IMG/VR virus record: IMGVR_UViG_3300035145_002886
Strand: one strand, 5' to 3'
Origin: a virus
Length of the DNA: 64,000 bases
Below the pieces are notes generated by a model. The model made no database searches. It saw only the letters and a list, made by a program, of their open reading frames with translations, and was not told where the DNA came from. Position numbers and translations under genes: made by a program. Positions 1 through 8,328 of this stretch are shown here, piece after piece; positions within the stretch are counted from its first letter, which is position 1, and the number at the start of each line of letters is the position of its first letter.

Positions 1-810
1 AAACATAATGTATGGTTCTCCGGTAGCTCTGCGCTTTCTAAGAAGAGCTGCCCATCTTTTACGAGCCTCACTGTCTCCCTCTTTGATCTTTTGCATAAAA
101 CCATCAGGAACGATAACACATTGGTGGAGATTTAGCGATTGACGGTTTACGTCTCCTTTTGGTTCGCGGATCTCTAGCCATTCCCAAAAGTCTTTGTGTT
201 CAATATCAATATTTACCGAAGCTGCGCCTCTACGAACACTACCTTGATTAGTAGCAAGAATCGTTGAATCATAAATCTTACAAAACGGAACAACACCATC
301 ACTAGTACCATTTCCTCTAATTGTGGATCCTGCTGGTCTGATCTGGTTAATTCCAATACCAACTCCACCTCCATGTTTTGCAAGCAACATCATCTCTAGG
401 TTTTTTGAACCAATATCGTGGATTGAATCGGCAACATCAATACCAAAACATGAGATTGGTAATCCTCGCTCGGTTCCAGTATTAGATAAAACTGGAGATG
501 CAAGGTTTAACCATCCCTTCCAGATATAATCAAAGAATTTACTTGCCATTTCAGGTTTTTGAAGTCTCTTTGCAACGGTTGTCGCTACTCTCCAATATGC
601 ATCTTTTGGAGTCTCACCTTCTAATAAGTAACCATTACTTATGGTCTTAACATAAACTTCCGTGTTTGCCCAAAATGGAAAGTCTACACCAAGCTCCCAT
701 CCTAGAGCCCCGCCATAGTCTTTTTCTAGTTGTTCCGATAGGCTGTTACTAATCGCTACATCTTGTATTGCTTTTAATTCTTTTGAATATGCTTTGTCTT
801 GTCTTTGCAT
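1..810 (-). CDS. nrdA: Ribonucleotide reductase class Ia alpha subunit, 5' part (runs off window start)
   Basis: Absent from the ORF track (no stop in window). Hand translation from ATG at 810: MQRQDKAYSKELK...GWLNLASPVLSNTGTERGLPISCFGIDVADSIHDIG...KHGGGVGIG...NQGSVRRGAASVNIDIEH...RATGEPYIMF. These are hallmark class I RNR alpha motifs, and nrdB is nearby. Confidence 0.95.
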   Translation of the reverse strand, partial: MQRQDKAYSKELKAIQDVAISNSLSEQLEKDYGGALGWELGVDFPFWANTEVYVKTISNGYLLEGETPKDAYWRVATTVAKRLQKPEMASKFFDYIWKGWLNLASPVLSNTGTERGLPISCFGIDVADSIHDIGSKNLEMMLLAKHGGGVGIGINQIRPAGSTIRGNGTSDGVVPFCKIYDSTILATNQGSVRRGAASVNIDIEHKDFWEWLEIREPKGDVNRQSLNLHQCVIVPDGFMQKIKEGDSEARKRWAALLRKRRATGEPYIMF

Positions 811-828
811 TTCTTAAATATTTTAATT

Positions 829-1260
829 TTATATAAACATTAAGAAGACTGTTCTCTTGCCTTCATGTGGTGTGACCATATGCCATTCATCTGACGTGTG
901 AGCACATAGGTCACCAATTGATCTTTCCTGCTTAACAACGTTGGTTTTTCCTTCATCATCAGCATAGTATGTTTCTCCTCCTGTAAAAGATCCATTTAAT
1001 AGAATCGAAACCCCGACCTGGCACCACATCATATGATTATTGCTACCAGTGTCTCTATGCCACCCATGTCCTTGTGACATCGTCTCTACTCTCCAATAAG
1101 ATTCATTCTTAATTTCAAAGTTAAAATGTTCTCTTAACCTATCAATTACTTTTTCTGCCACAAGATTCTGGACCCTATTAATTTTATAGGAACCTGGCTT
1201 TGTCCCTAGTAAGAGAGATATTTCATCCTTTGTTAAAAAATCTGTCTCGAATATTCTCAT
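829..1260 (-). CDS. 2OG-Fe(II) oxygenase superfamily protein (prolyl-hydroxylase-like)
   Basis: HxD (WHRD), FTGGET strand, distal His (EWHMV) and C-terminal Arg (GKRTVF) match the HxD...H...R pattern. Confidence 0.75.
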   Translation of the reverse strand: MRIFETDFLTKDEISLLLGTKPGSYKINRVQNLVAEKVIDRLREHFNFEIKNESYWRVETMSQGHGWHRDTGSNNHMMWCQVGVSILLNGSFTGGETYYADDEGKTNVVKQERSIGDLCAHTSDEWHMVTPHEGKRTVFLMFI

Positions 1261-1262
1261 TG

Positions 1263-2267
1263 TTAAAACAAATCGTCTTCGTTCCAGTTTTCATCTTCTC
1301 CGGCCTTTGAGTAATCGGTCGGTCTAATTGCAAAAAAGTCGGTATGTGTTGTTCCTCCAGTTAGATGATAAAACCAATCTAATTCAGAAGCTTTTTCTTC
1401 ATCAAACTCCATAAATGGTCCTTCAACATATCCAAGTTCTGCGATCTTTTCATTTGCTCTTTTTGTGATAAAGTGCTTTAGGTCATCAGCTTTTAAGTTT
1501 TCTAGGTCACCCATTTCAAACATTTTATCGATAAACTTATGTTCCATTTCAACCATTAATTTAGCTGCTTTGATAACGTCGTCCTGTACTTCTTCTTTTA
1601 GTTCAGGATATTCTTCGCACATATGACGGAATAGTTGACATCCCATTTTGCTATGTAGTGATTCGTCTCTAACTGACCATTTCATTTGTTGTCCTATGCC
1701 CTTTAATAGGTTTCTCATTTGGAAAGAGTATAGAACAGCGAATGAACTGTAGAGAGAAACACCCTCTGCAAACGCCGAAAAAATAGAAAGACTTCTTGCA
1801 ACTTGTTTTCTGGCTTCTGGATTTGTTGCTAAGTCTTCGTGTGTCCAGTTTGCCTCAACTGATGTTAAATGTTCAAATTTATCAGCAATTGCCGGTTCGT
1901 GTAGAAATGCTGTGAAGTCTTCAAGTCCTAGCGTCTCATTTAAATATGAATATGCGGTTGCATGAATTGTCTCTTGTGACCCGAACATCATTGCCATTTG
2001 CTTAATTTCATGCTTTGGAAACCAACTAGTAACCATTGTAGTCCAATAATCTGAAACTGCACATTCAGTTTGTGCAAACCCTAAAAGAATGTTACCTACT
2101 AGATTCTTCTCATGTGATTTCATTCTTTCATTCCAATCTTTTACATCTCCTTGCATAGAGATTTCTGTATGTAGCCAAAATGCTTGTGCTTGTTTAAGCC
2201 AACCTTCTGTATAGTAAATTAGATATTCAAATGGTTTAAATTCTACTCTGTATTGAAATAATGACAT
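1263..2267 (-). CDS. nrdB: Ribonucleotide reductase class Ia beta subunit
   Basis: Di-iron ligands in FAQTE, QETIHATAY (ExxH plus radical Tyr), FAEG and RDESLH (DExxH); C-terminal FFAIRPTDYSK tail. Confidence 0.95.
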   Translation of the reverse strand: MSLFQYRVEFKPFEYLIYYTEGWLKQAQAFWLHTEISMQGDVKDWNERMKSHEKNLVGNILLGFAQTECAVSDYWTTMVTSWFPKHEIKQMAMMFGSQETIHATAYSYLNETLGLEDFTAFLHEPAIADKFEHLTSVEANWTHEDLATNPEARKQVARSLSIFSAFAEGVSLYSSFAVLYSFQMRNLLKGIGQQMKWSVRDESLHSKMGCQLFRHMCEEYPELKEEVQDDVIKAAKLMVEMEHKFIDKMFEMGDLENLKADDLKHFITKRANEKIAELGYVEGPFMEFDEEKASELDWFYHLTGGTTHTDFFAIRPTDYSKAGEDENWNEDDLF

Positions 2268-2298
2268 AATATTCTTATAATACCTTATTTTTTAGACT

Positions 2299-2329
2299 AC
2301 AAAGGGTCTAAATGATTTAGACCCTTTGT
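2299..2329. promoter_or_regulatory. Perfect 15-bp inverted repeat in the nrdB leader
   Basis: acaaagggtctaaat-g-atttagaccctttgt. A T-rich tail follows on the + strand, not on the coding strand. Confidence 0.6.
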
Positions 2330-2344
2330 TTGTTTGTTGTTTTT

Positions 2345-2352
2345 TATATATC
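2345..2352 (-). promoter_or_regulatory. GATATATA putative promoter motif upstream of nrdB
   Basis: The same 8-mer recurs at nine gene-boundary positions on the minus strand. Confidence 0.55.
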
Positions 2353-2380
2353 AAACTCTCCAAAGGGATGTTGCACTTTT

Positions 2381-3781
2381 CTACTTAAATTTTTTTTTAA
2401 GTTCATGCGCTTTTTCGTAGTATTCGTATGAAGTTTTCTTATAATCCTTACGTTGTGCGTAGAGATCACTCAGGATCTTTTTCAAGATAGAGTCCTCATT
2501 TGAATAGACTACACCATTTTCACAGACGATTTCATCAGTGTTCTTCCTACGTTCTTCGATTTGATCTTTTTGTATCTTATCGATGTAAGCATCAGGAGAG
2601 ATATTAAATTGTCTCATAACTGACGGATATAGAGATGCAAAGTCAAATGCGCTTACTCCAGAATAATAACCAACAATTGGTTGTTTAACAAATGCTCCGG
2701 CATATTTACCGTCCTTCTTGCCCTCTTCTCGGTTATAATCAACTCCAATTTTATGATTTGTTTCGGCAAGTTTTCTAGCCATTAAGGCTTCTGTTACCGC
2801 AACCGGAGAAGCTGCTTTATAAAGTGGCATTTGCGTAATTGTTGCAAGCGTCAAGAGTACTTCCATCGACTTTAATTTTTGGTCAATGTAATATACAAGT
2901 ATTGAATCGACTACGTTATAGTAAATGTACTTAACAAAATCATTTTCATATAGATCTTGCAAACCTCCAGTATACTTAATCTTTGCAACATCAAGAACTT
3001 GACTTGATACAAAGTCAAGTTTATTCGACTCTTTTACTTTTACGCTTCGATCGTACTTATCATAAAGTTGCATATAATCAAGGATTCCCATGTGTAGCGG
3101 GCGGCTATCATTACTATCAAGAGAACCAGTGATTGCCACATCGGTAAGGTCAATTTGAAGACGCTTACAACGATTAACAATATACTGCCAGTCATAGTTA
3201 ATAAAGTTCCATCCGGTCATCATTGGAAATTTTGGCAAGAATTTGTGAAGGAAAGTATACACCATATTGTACTCGTCCTTAAACTTATAATAGCTAAATT
3301 CCCAATCTTGATCGTAGTCCTTAAAATGTTTATTCGTATCTTCTTCGATCTTTTTAACTTTATCAGGATCCATGTCTTCAAGGCCCAATACAATTACCTT
3401 TCTCTCTGGAGTAACAATCGAGAAGGCGAGTATTCTTGTTTTAGCCTCTTCAGGTTTTGGAAAACCATCAACAATTTCAGTTTCAATGTCGACAAAATAT
3501 GTTCGTGGAATGTTAAACTCAAATATTTCTTCACGATCTTTCTCTGGCAAAGAATCCATAAAATAGACGAGCGAGAACTTATTAAATGATCTCGCTCGTT
3601 GTCTTTTAATAGGCCTTCCGTCCCAGTTTGTGAAAGTACTGTCTTTCCACTTATCTTTATTCTCGGTGACTACCCAATTTTCAAATTGACTGACAGGGTA
3701 TCTCTTAAATGCTACTTTACCCTCTTTGTTATAATATGATACGATTACCTCTTGGTCTTTTTGTTCTATATCTAATAGCAT
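2381..3781 (-). CDS. Family B DNA polymerase, N-terminal subunit of a split enzyme (exonuclease + motif A + first finger helix)
   Basis: ExoI FVDIETE, ExoII GWNFINYD, ExoIII YNVVD, motif A FDFASLYPS and finger helix LYAQRKDYKK, then stop. Motif B (KxxxNSxYG) and motif C (YxDTDS) are absent. Confidence 0.9.
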   Translation of the reverse strand: MLLDIEQKDQEVIVSYYNKEGKVAFKRYPVSQFENWVVTENKDKWKDSTFTNWDGRPIKRQRARSFNKFSLVYFMDSLPEKDREEIFEFNIPRTYFVDIETEIVDGFPKPEEAKTRILAFSIVTPERKVIVLGLEDMDPDKVKKIEEDTNKHFKDYDQDWEFSYYKFKDEYNMVYTFLHKFLPKFPMMTGWNFINYDWQYIVNRCKRLQIDLTDVAITGSLDSNDSRPLHMGILDYMQLYDKYDRSVKVKESNKLDFVSSQVLDVAKIKYTGGLQDLYENDFVKYIYYNVVDSILVYYIDQKLKSMEVLLTLATITQMPLYKAASPVAVTEALMARKLAETNHKIGVDYNREEGKKDGKYAGAFVKQPIVGYYSGVSAFDFASLYPSVMRQFNISPDAYIDKIQKDQIEERRKNTDEIVCENGVVYSNEDSILKKILSDLYAQRKDYKKTSYEYYEKAHELKKKFK

Positions 3782-3804
3782 TCAATTTATATTTTAATTA
3801 GTGT

Positions 3805-3831
3805 TTATATGCGAGGATCTTGAGATGTTTC
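3805..3831 (-). promoter_or_regulatory. Bipartite putative promoter GAAAC-N16-ATATAA upstream of the polymerase gene
   Basis: Minus strand GGAAAC ATCTCAAGATCCTCGC ATATAA; identical spacing at 4814-4840, 20446-20472 and 20596-20622. Confidence 0.6.
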
Positions 3832-4206
3832 CACGCGGTTACTTAAATATTTAGCAATAATATGGGCGGCTTTATAATTTGTTGCGAGCGGTACATTATG
3901 AACATCACATAGTCGCATTAACATTGAAATATCTACATCATGTGGGTGTTTGTCAAGAGGGTCTCTAAAAAAGATAACTGCATCCATTTCTCCTCGAGCA
4001 ACCATTGCTCCGATTTCCGCATCTCCCCCAAGAGGGCCGCTGTTTACTCGCTCTACTTTTTCGACACCGGCATGCAAGATGCTGGATCCTGTTGTTCCCG
4101 TTGCTACAAGTTCTACGTCTTTCCGATTGAAGAAGTCTAGTCTCTTCATCACAAAGGCAACCATGTCTGCCTTTTTTCCATCGTGTGCTATTAGTGCTAT
4201 TTTCAT
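3805..4206 (-). CDS. mgsA: Methylglyoxal synthase
   Basis: IALIAHDGKK, ATGTTG, SGPLGGDAEIG, FFRDP, PHDVD and DVHNVPLATN reproduce the MgsA catalytic and phosphate-binding motifs in order; 133 aa. Confidence 0.95.
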   Translation of the reverse strand: MKIALIAHDGKKADMVAFVMKRLDFFNRKDVELVATGTTGSSILHAGVEKVERVNSGPLGGDAEIGAMVARGEMDAVIFFRDPLDKHPHDVDISMLMRLCDVHNVPLATNYKAAHIIAKYLSNRVETSQDPRI

Positions 4207-4808
4207 TTATTATCATTTAAAAATTTAAGTACTTTATCCTTTATTCCACATTGCTTAATACCTTCTCTAGATCTTGGAGTGTGTACAAAATTGATTAGAC
4301 CTGGTTTGTTATCAGAGCCATCCGCCGCAGCAAACCGATCTCCTAAGAATTTAACTCCCATATTTAAATCGTCAATTGCAACCCAATCTGTAACTTTATT
4401 GTTATCTAGCCAGTGCTGAATTTCCATACTTCGCTCTAATTCAAGATCTGCTTTAAATCTCAACTTTGACCATTCATTTGGAAAAAGGTCTTTGAACCTA
4501 CCAGTCATTGAAATTGGTCGCTTAATAATGCCTTGAGACTCGTAGTAATCACCCAGCTCTTCAAGGTTTGCATGAAATCTCCAATCTGATGATACTACTA
4601 TCTCCGCTCCTGTTTCCTCTAGGATTGAGTTAAGTACATCTACCGCCTTCTTGTCAAAGTCATCAAAACGTACCTCAGCTGGACCGTTCTTAGCTAATCC
4701 TTTACGTGGGTTATCCTTGGTAAAAAAGGCGCGTTGCTTTTTAAACCTACTTCCCCAGTTATTTGAAAGACAGATCACACCATCATTATCAAGAAAGATT
4801 ACTTTCAT
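4203..4808 (-). CDS. HAD-family phosphatase (Swiss-Army-knife RNA-repair HAD type)
   Basis: VIFLDNDGV (DxD), IVVSSDWR, WVAIDD. Start reassigned to MKVIF (ATG at 4808) because the track's extra 30 codons run through the terminator and promoter. Confidence 0.8.
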   Translation of the reverse strand: MKVIFLDNDGVICLSNNWGSRFKKQRAFFTKDNPRKGLAKNGPAEVRFDDFDKKAVDVLNSILEETGAEIVVSSDWRFHANLEELGDYYESQGIIKRPISMTGRFKDLFPNEWSKLRFKADLELERSMEIQHWLDNNKVTDWVAIDDLNMGVKFLGDRFAAADGSDNKPGLINFVHTPRSREGIKQCGIKDKVLKFLNDNK

Positions 4809-4813
4809 ATTTC

Positions 4814-4840
4814 TTATATTAGTTAGTTTGCACTTGTTTC
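4814..4840 (-). promoter_or_regulatory. Bipartite putative promoter GAAAC-N16-ATATAA
   Basis: GGAAAC AAGTGCAAACTAACTA ATATAA, ending only 5 nt before the ATG at 4808. Confidence 0.6.
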
Positions 4841-4852
4841 CTAAGCTAATAT

Positions 4853-4886
4853 AAACAAAAAAGCCGAGACTAAAAAATCTCGGCTT
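4853..4886 (-). terminator. Intrinsic terminator closing the leader-tagged gene array
   Basis: Minus strand AAGCCGAGA-TTTTTTAG-TCTCGGCTT followed by TTTTGTTT. Confidence 0.8.
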
Positions 4887-4909
4887 AAATATTTTCAAAG
4901 GTAAGAGTA

Positions 4910-5773
4910 TTACTTAAGGTCCATTCTAACCTTAAACTTTCGGTCTTTAATAACATTATTCATCTCGTTAGAAAGGTGGGCTAAAATCTCCATCTGAGCA
5001 TTTTTAGCTGCTTCATCAATTGAATCTTCTGACATATATTGACTATAATCTTCCCAGTTATTGGCAGTAATTTTGTACCATATCTTAAATTCCTCAATTA
5101 GGTCAGTTGTTGGGTCGTCAAAACTTGGCATTTCAATATATTCTTCGTTGACTTTAGATTCGAAAACCGTAAGTTCATATCTATACTTAAAGGCTTTATC
5201 TGCTGTAGATTTTGACATCTTTTTAGCTTTAATACCCATCTTTTTAAGTCTGGCTTCAGTTTCTTTGCGACCGTAACTATCTGTAAATCTTAAAACTAAT
5301 TGATTGCCCCAGTTTTCACTTTCTTCATATTCAATAGAATCTGCACCTATGCCGTACGGATTGTCTTTATACTTATCTACAAGTTCTTGGAACGTGGTTG
5401 ATTCATTTAAACCCTCGTTTAAAAAGCTTTCGAAGTTCTTTAAATGTTTCATTTTTCTTTTCTTTTTTTCATATTCTTCTTCAGCATCTCCTTGCCCTGC
5501 AGGAACATCACCAGAACCGTTCTCTGTAGATGTTGGAAGCTTGACTGGTCCCATTCCGCCGACGTTACCAATTGAGATATTTTCAACAACCTCTGGGAGG
5601 CCTTCGTGTTTTGTTTCTGCAAAATCTTTTAATTTTTTCAGGGTCATACCGTCAACTAGATCTTTTACCTTATCGCGGTAATCAACATCAACGTCAGAAA
5701 GTTGCATATCGCCTTTCTTAACAGCGTATGCAACTCCCATTAATCGTTGTTGTGATTTACTTTGACTAGGCAT
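4910..5773 (-). CDS. Hypothetical protein: DUF3008-like N-terminus plus internal capsid-targeting-like motif
   Basis: MPSQSKSQQRLMGVAYAVKKG...KDFAETKHEGLP resembles the DUF3008 pattern from memory; internal MKHLKNFESFLNE. Confidence 0.6.
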   Translation of the reverse strand: MPSQSKSQQRLMGVAYAVKKGDMQLSDVDVDYRDKVKDLVDGMTLKKLKDFAETKHEGLPEVVENISIGNVGGMGPVKLPTSTENGSGDVPAGQGDAEEEYEKKKRKMKHLKNFESFLNEGLNESTTFQELVDKYKDNPYGIGADSIEYEESENWGNQLVLRFTDSYGRKETEARLKKMGIKAKKMSKSTADKAFKYRYELTVFESKVNEEYIEMPSFDDPTTDLIEEFKIWYKITANNWEDYSQYMSEDSIDEAAKNAQMEILAHLSNEMNNVIKDRKFKVRMDLK

Positions 5774-5774
5774 A

Positions 5775-8306
5775 TTACCAAACGTAATCCATTTTTTTAA
5801 TCTTACCGATTCTGTCTTTAATAGATTTAGCGTAGTTCTTTACTTCTCTTGTGTAGTATTTACTGACATATCCATCCTCTTCTTCACGTTTTGCTTGATT
5901 TGTATAGTCTACATATCTGTTAAAATCATCTAGAAGATTTTGCATTACATTTGAAGCATCTCTTAGTTTAACCTCACGGCCTTTAGGATCGTGTCCAATG
6001 ATAACATCACCGTATCTTCCTTTTTTACCTGCTGATAAACCATCTTTAATTTGTAAAGAGACAATATCGATTGCATCTAAGACTTCTTTATCGATAGGCA
6101 TCTTAGCTGCTCTATCTGCTAGAATCATGTGGTATCTGTCAAGATTATCTTTCTTAAAGTCTTTATCATTCTTAAACGCAACTGCTCCTTTTCTTGCTGA
6201 AGTTCTTGCATTGCGAATTGGTATTGTACCGTATCTTGCTTCTAAAATGTCAAGATCAAGAACGTATGCTCTATCTGCAAGTTCAGCAACTTTAGTTATA
6301 CTTGAAATACCAGTTCCCCATGAGTCTCTAGCATTAGATTTACCGAACCCAACTGAATCCTCTTTTCTAGACGTTTTTAGTGTTTTCGTTCTTCCGTTAT
6401 ATCCTCTGCCAGCATATGCCTGTGCAAGCCATTCATTTTTTCCATTAGTTGCACCTAATAGAGTATTTGCTGGAATTGTTCCTCCACCAAACTTTCCTGC
6501 CCATTCGCTCGCATATGGGTTCTCCTTTTCATTGGTTGTAAAGTATAGGTAAACTGCGTTTTTTCTCTTTTCTTTTCTTGCCTCAGCTGGATCCATTTCG
6601 ATAATATCTACATCTTGAATCTTATCAAGTTGGATTTTAGCCATATTGTAGAAAGCTTTAGCAAAGTCTTTTTCCATAGAACCCGCACCTGCTAAGATTG
6701 ATTGTAATTTCATTGAGCTAAATGCTTCAGAAATCATCTCTTCAGATTCGTTGGTTGATTCTTTAATACCTAAGAATTCAGCAGCTGCTGATTTAAGCTC
6801 ATCATATGTATATCTTCCTGTTAGAGCGTCGTCTAGAATAGTTCCAGTATTTTTACCACCACTTGCATAAAGAGATACGTAGTCAAAACCTAACCAGTCT
6901 CCACCTCCAAATTCATGTCTAGGATTTAAACCTAGGTCAAGTGAAAGCGTTTTAGAAAGAGACTGTCTTCTGTCTAAAAACTGATCGTTATAACCAAGCT
7001 TACCCGCGCTTGCATATTTGTTCTCATTTAGTGATTCTACAAAGCCATTAAATGACTCGTATACGAATGCGTTTTTCATTTCTTTATTATTATTTTTTGA
7101 TTCAATTTGTCTTTTATTAACTTTATAGCCCCTGTTTCCTGTTCTTCCAGCATCGGCTTCCATGTGAACTTGCCAAATGGTTGATAAATTTCTAGTAAAA
7201 TTATCTAAATAACCTCTCCATGATGTGTTTGTAGTAACATGTTTAAATTGTTTATGAGCGGCTTTCATCCAGTCACTATGTATCTTATTAGTAGTTCCGT
7301 GGTCGTTATCATCCTTCGCTTTAAAATACGAATCACCTCCTTTTACAAACTTTTTTAGTAATTTATCTAAATCTTCATCAAAGTCATCAAGATTGTATTT
7401 GTCGGGCTTAATATTACCGTAAAGTGTTTTTGTTGTTTTAATTAAACTTGTCAAGAATTCTCTATCATCCTTATCACCAACAGTCTCCCATTTGAATTTT
7501 TCTTCTAATTTAGATTCAAATGTTCCTGTAGATGCTAAGCTGTAGAGATGATCGGCAATCTTTTTAGCTTTTGCTCCTTTATGTCCATAGTTTGCAACAG
7601 TTTCTAGTGCTTCTTCTGGCATCATCTCTGTTAATTCCCACGGGTCAAATTCATCCATTAAATCACTTAAGATTTCTTTAGCCTCTTTCTCGAATCTGTC
7701 GGCCTCGTGAAGTTGATCATCTTCTTCTTCATCTTCGATACCATCGCCGTCCTCATCATCAATTATACTAGCATCAAGACCAGTTCCTCTTGGGGCACCA
7801 ATTGTATCTGCTAGAGCTCCTGTAAGTCCTGGAGCCAGCTTTTTAGCTAGGTTTGGAGCTTTTTCTTCTAACTCTTCTTCTACAAACTCTTCAGCATTTT
7901 CTTTATCTTCAGAGTCAACGTCTTTAACTTTAAAAGTTTCTCCGTCTACTGTAAATTCTTCTTCTCCATCTGCGATAGCTTTTGCTCTTGCGGCACCAAA
8001 TGCATTACCTTCTTCAATAACTGCAATTTGTGATAGCGCTCTTTTTCCAAATGTAGAAAGTGAAATACCGTCTTCTGAAACGTTAAAGTATTTTGTGTTT
8101 CTCCTGATCCACTTTGAAGTATCTTTAGAATATTCTTTTAAGATTGCATCGAATTCTTCCTGTGTAATTTTTCCATCGGCAATCGCTTCAAGCATTTTAT
8201 TTCTAACTTTAGCGCTTTTTCCAACTTGTACTGCAGGATGATTTTCGGTGTATCTTCTCTTAAGAGTTATTTTACTTCCCTCATTTAAAAAATCTTGAAA
8301 ATTCAT
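5775..8306 (-). CDS. Large modular putative head-internal protein
   Basis: 843 aa. Starts MNFQDFLNE, has acidic linkers and xxE junctions, and shares a 43-aa module with 14008-16218. Confidence 0.6.
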   Translation of the reverse strand: MNFQDFLNEGSKITLKRRYTENHPAVQVGKSAKVRNKMLEAIADGKITQEEFDAILKEYSKDTSKWIRRNTKYFNVSEDGISLSTFGKRALSQIAVIEEGNAFGAARAKAIADGEEEFTVDGETFKVKDVDSEDKENAEEFVEEELEEKAPNLAKKLAPGLTGALADTIGAPRGTGLDASIIDDEDGDGIEDEEEDDQLHEADRFEKEAKEILSDLMDEFDPWELTEMMPEEALETVANYGHKGAKAKKIADHLYSLASTGTFESKLEEKFKWETVGDKDDREFLTSLIKTTKTLYGNIKPDKYNLDDFDEDLDKLLKKFVKGGDSYFKAKDDNDHGTTNKIHSDWMKAAHKQFKHVTTNTSWRGYLDNFTRNLSTIWQVHMEADAGRTGNRGYKVNKRQIESKNNNKEMKNAFVYESFNGFVESLNENKYASAGKLGYNDQFLDRRQSLSKTLSLDLGLNPRHEFGGGDWLGFDYVSLYASGGKNTGTILDDALTGRYTYDELKSAAAEFLGIKESTNESEEMISEAFSSMKLQSILAGAGSMEKDFAKAFYNMAKIQLDKIQDVDIIEMDPAEARKEKRKNAVYLYFTTNEKENPYASEWAGKFGGGTIPANTLLGATNGKNEWLAQAYAGRGYNGRTKTLKTSRKEDSVGFGKSNARDSWGTGISSITKVAELADRAYVLDLDILEARYGTIPIRNARTSARKGAVAFKNDKDFKKDNLDRYHMILADRAAKMPIDKEVLDAIDIVSLQIKDGLSAGKKGRYGDVIIGHDPKGREVKLRDASNVMQNLLDDFNRYVDYTNQAKREEEDGYVSKYYTREVKNYAKSIKDRIGKIKKMDYVW

Positions 8307-8328
8307 ATTTAATTGTTTCTTTGTTTTT

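Noticed and set aside
4809-4898. Track N-terminal extension of the HAD gene (start 4898)
   Set aside because: It runs through the terminator hairpin and the promoter motif; family homology begins at MKVIFLD.
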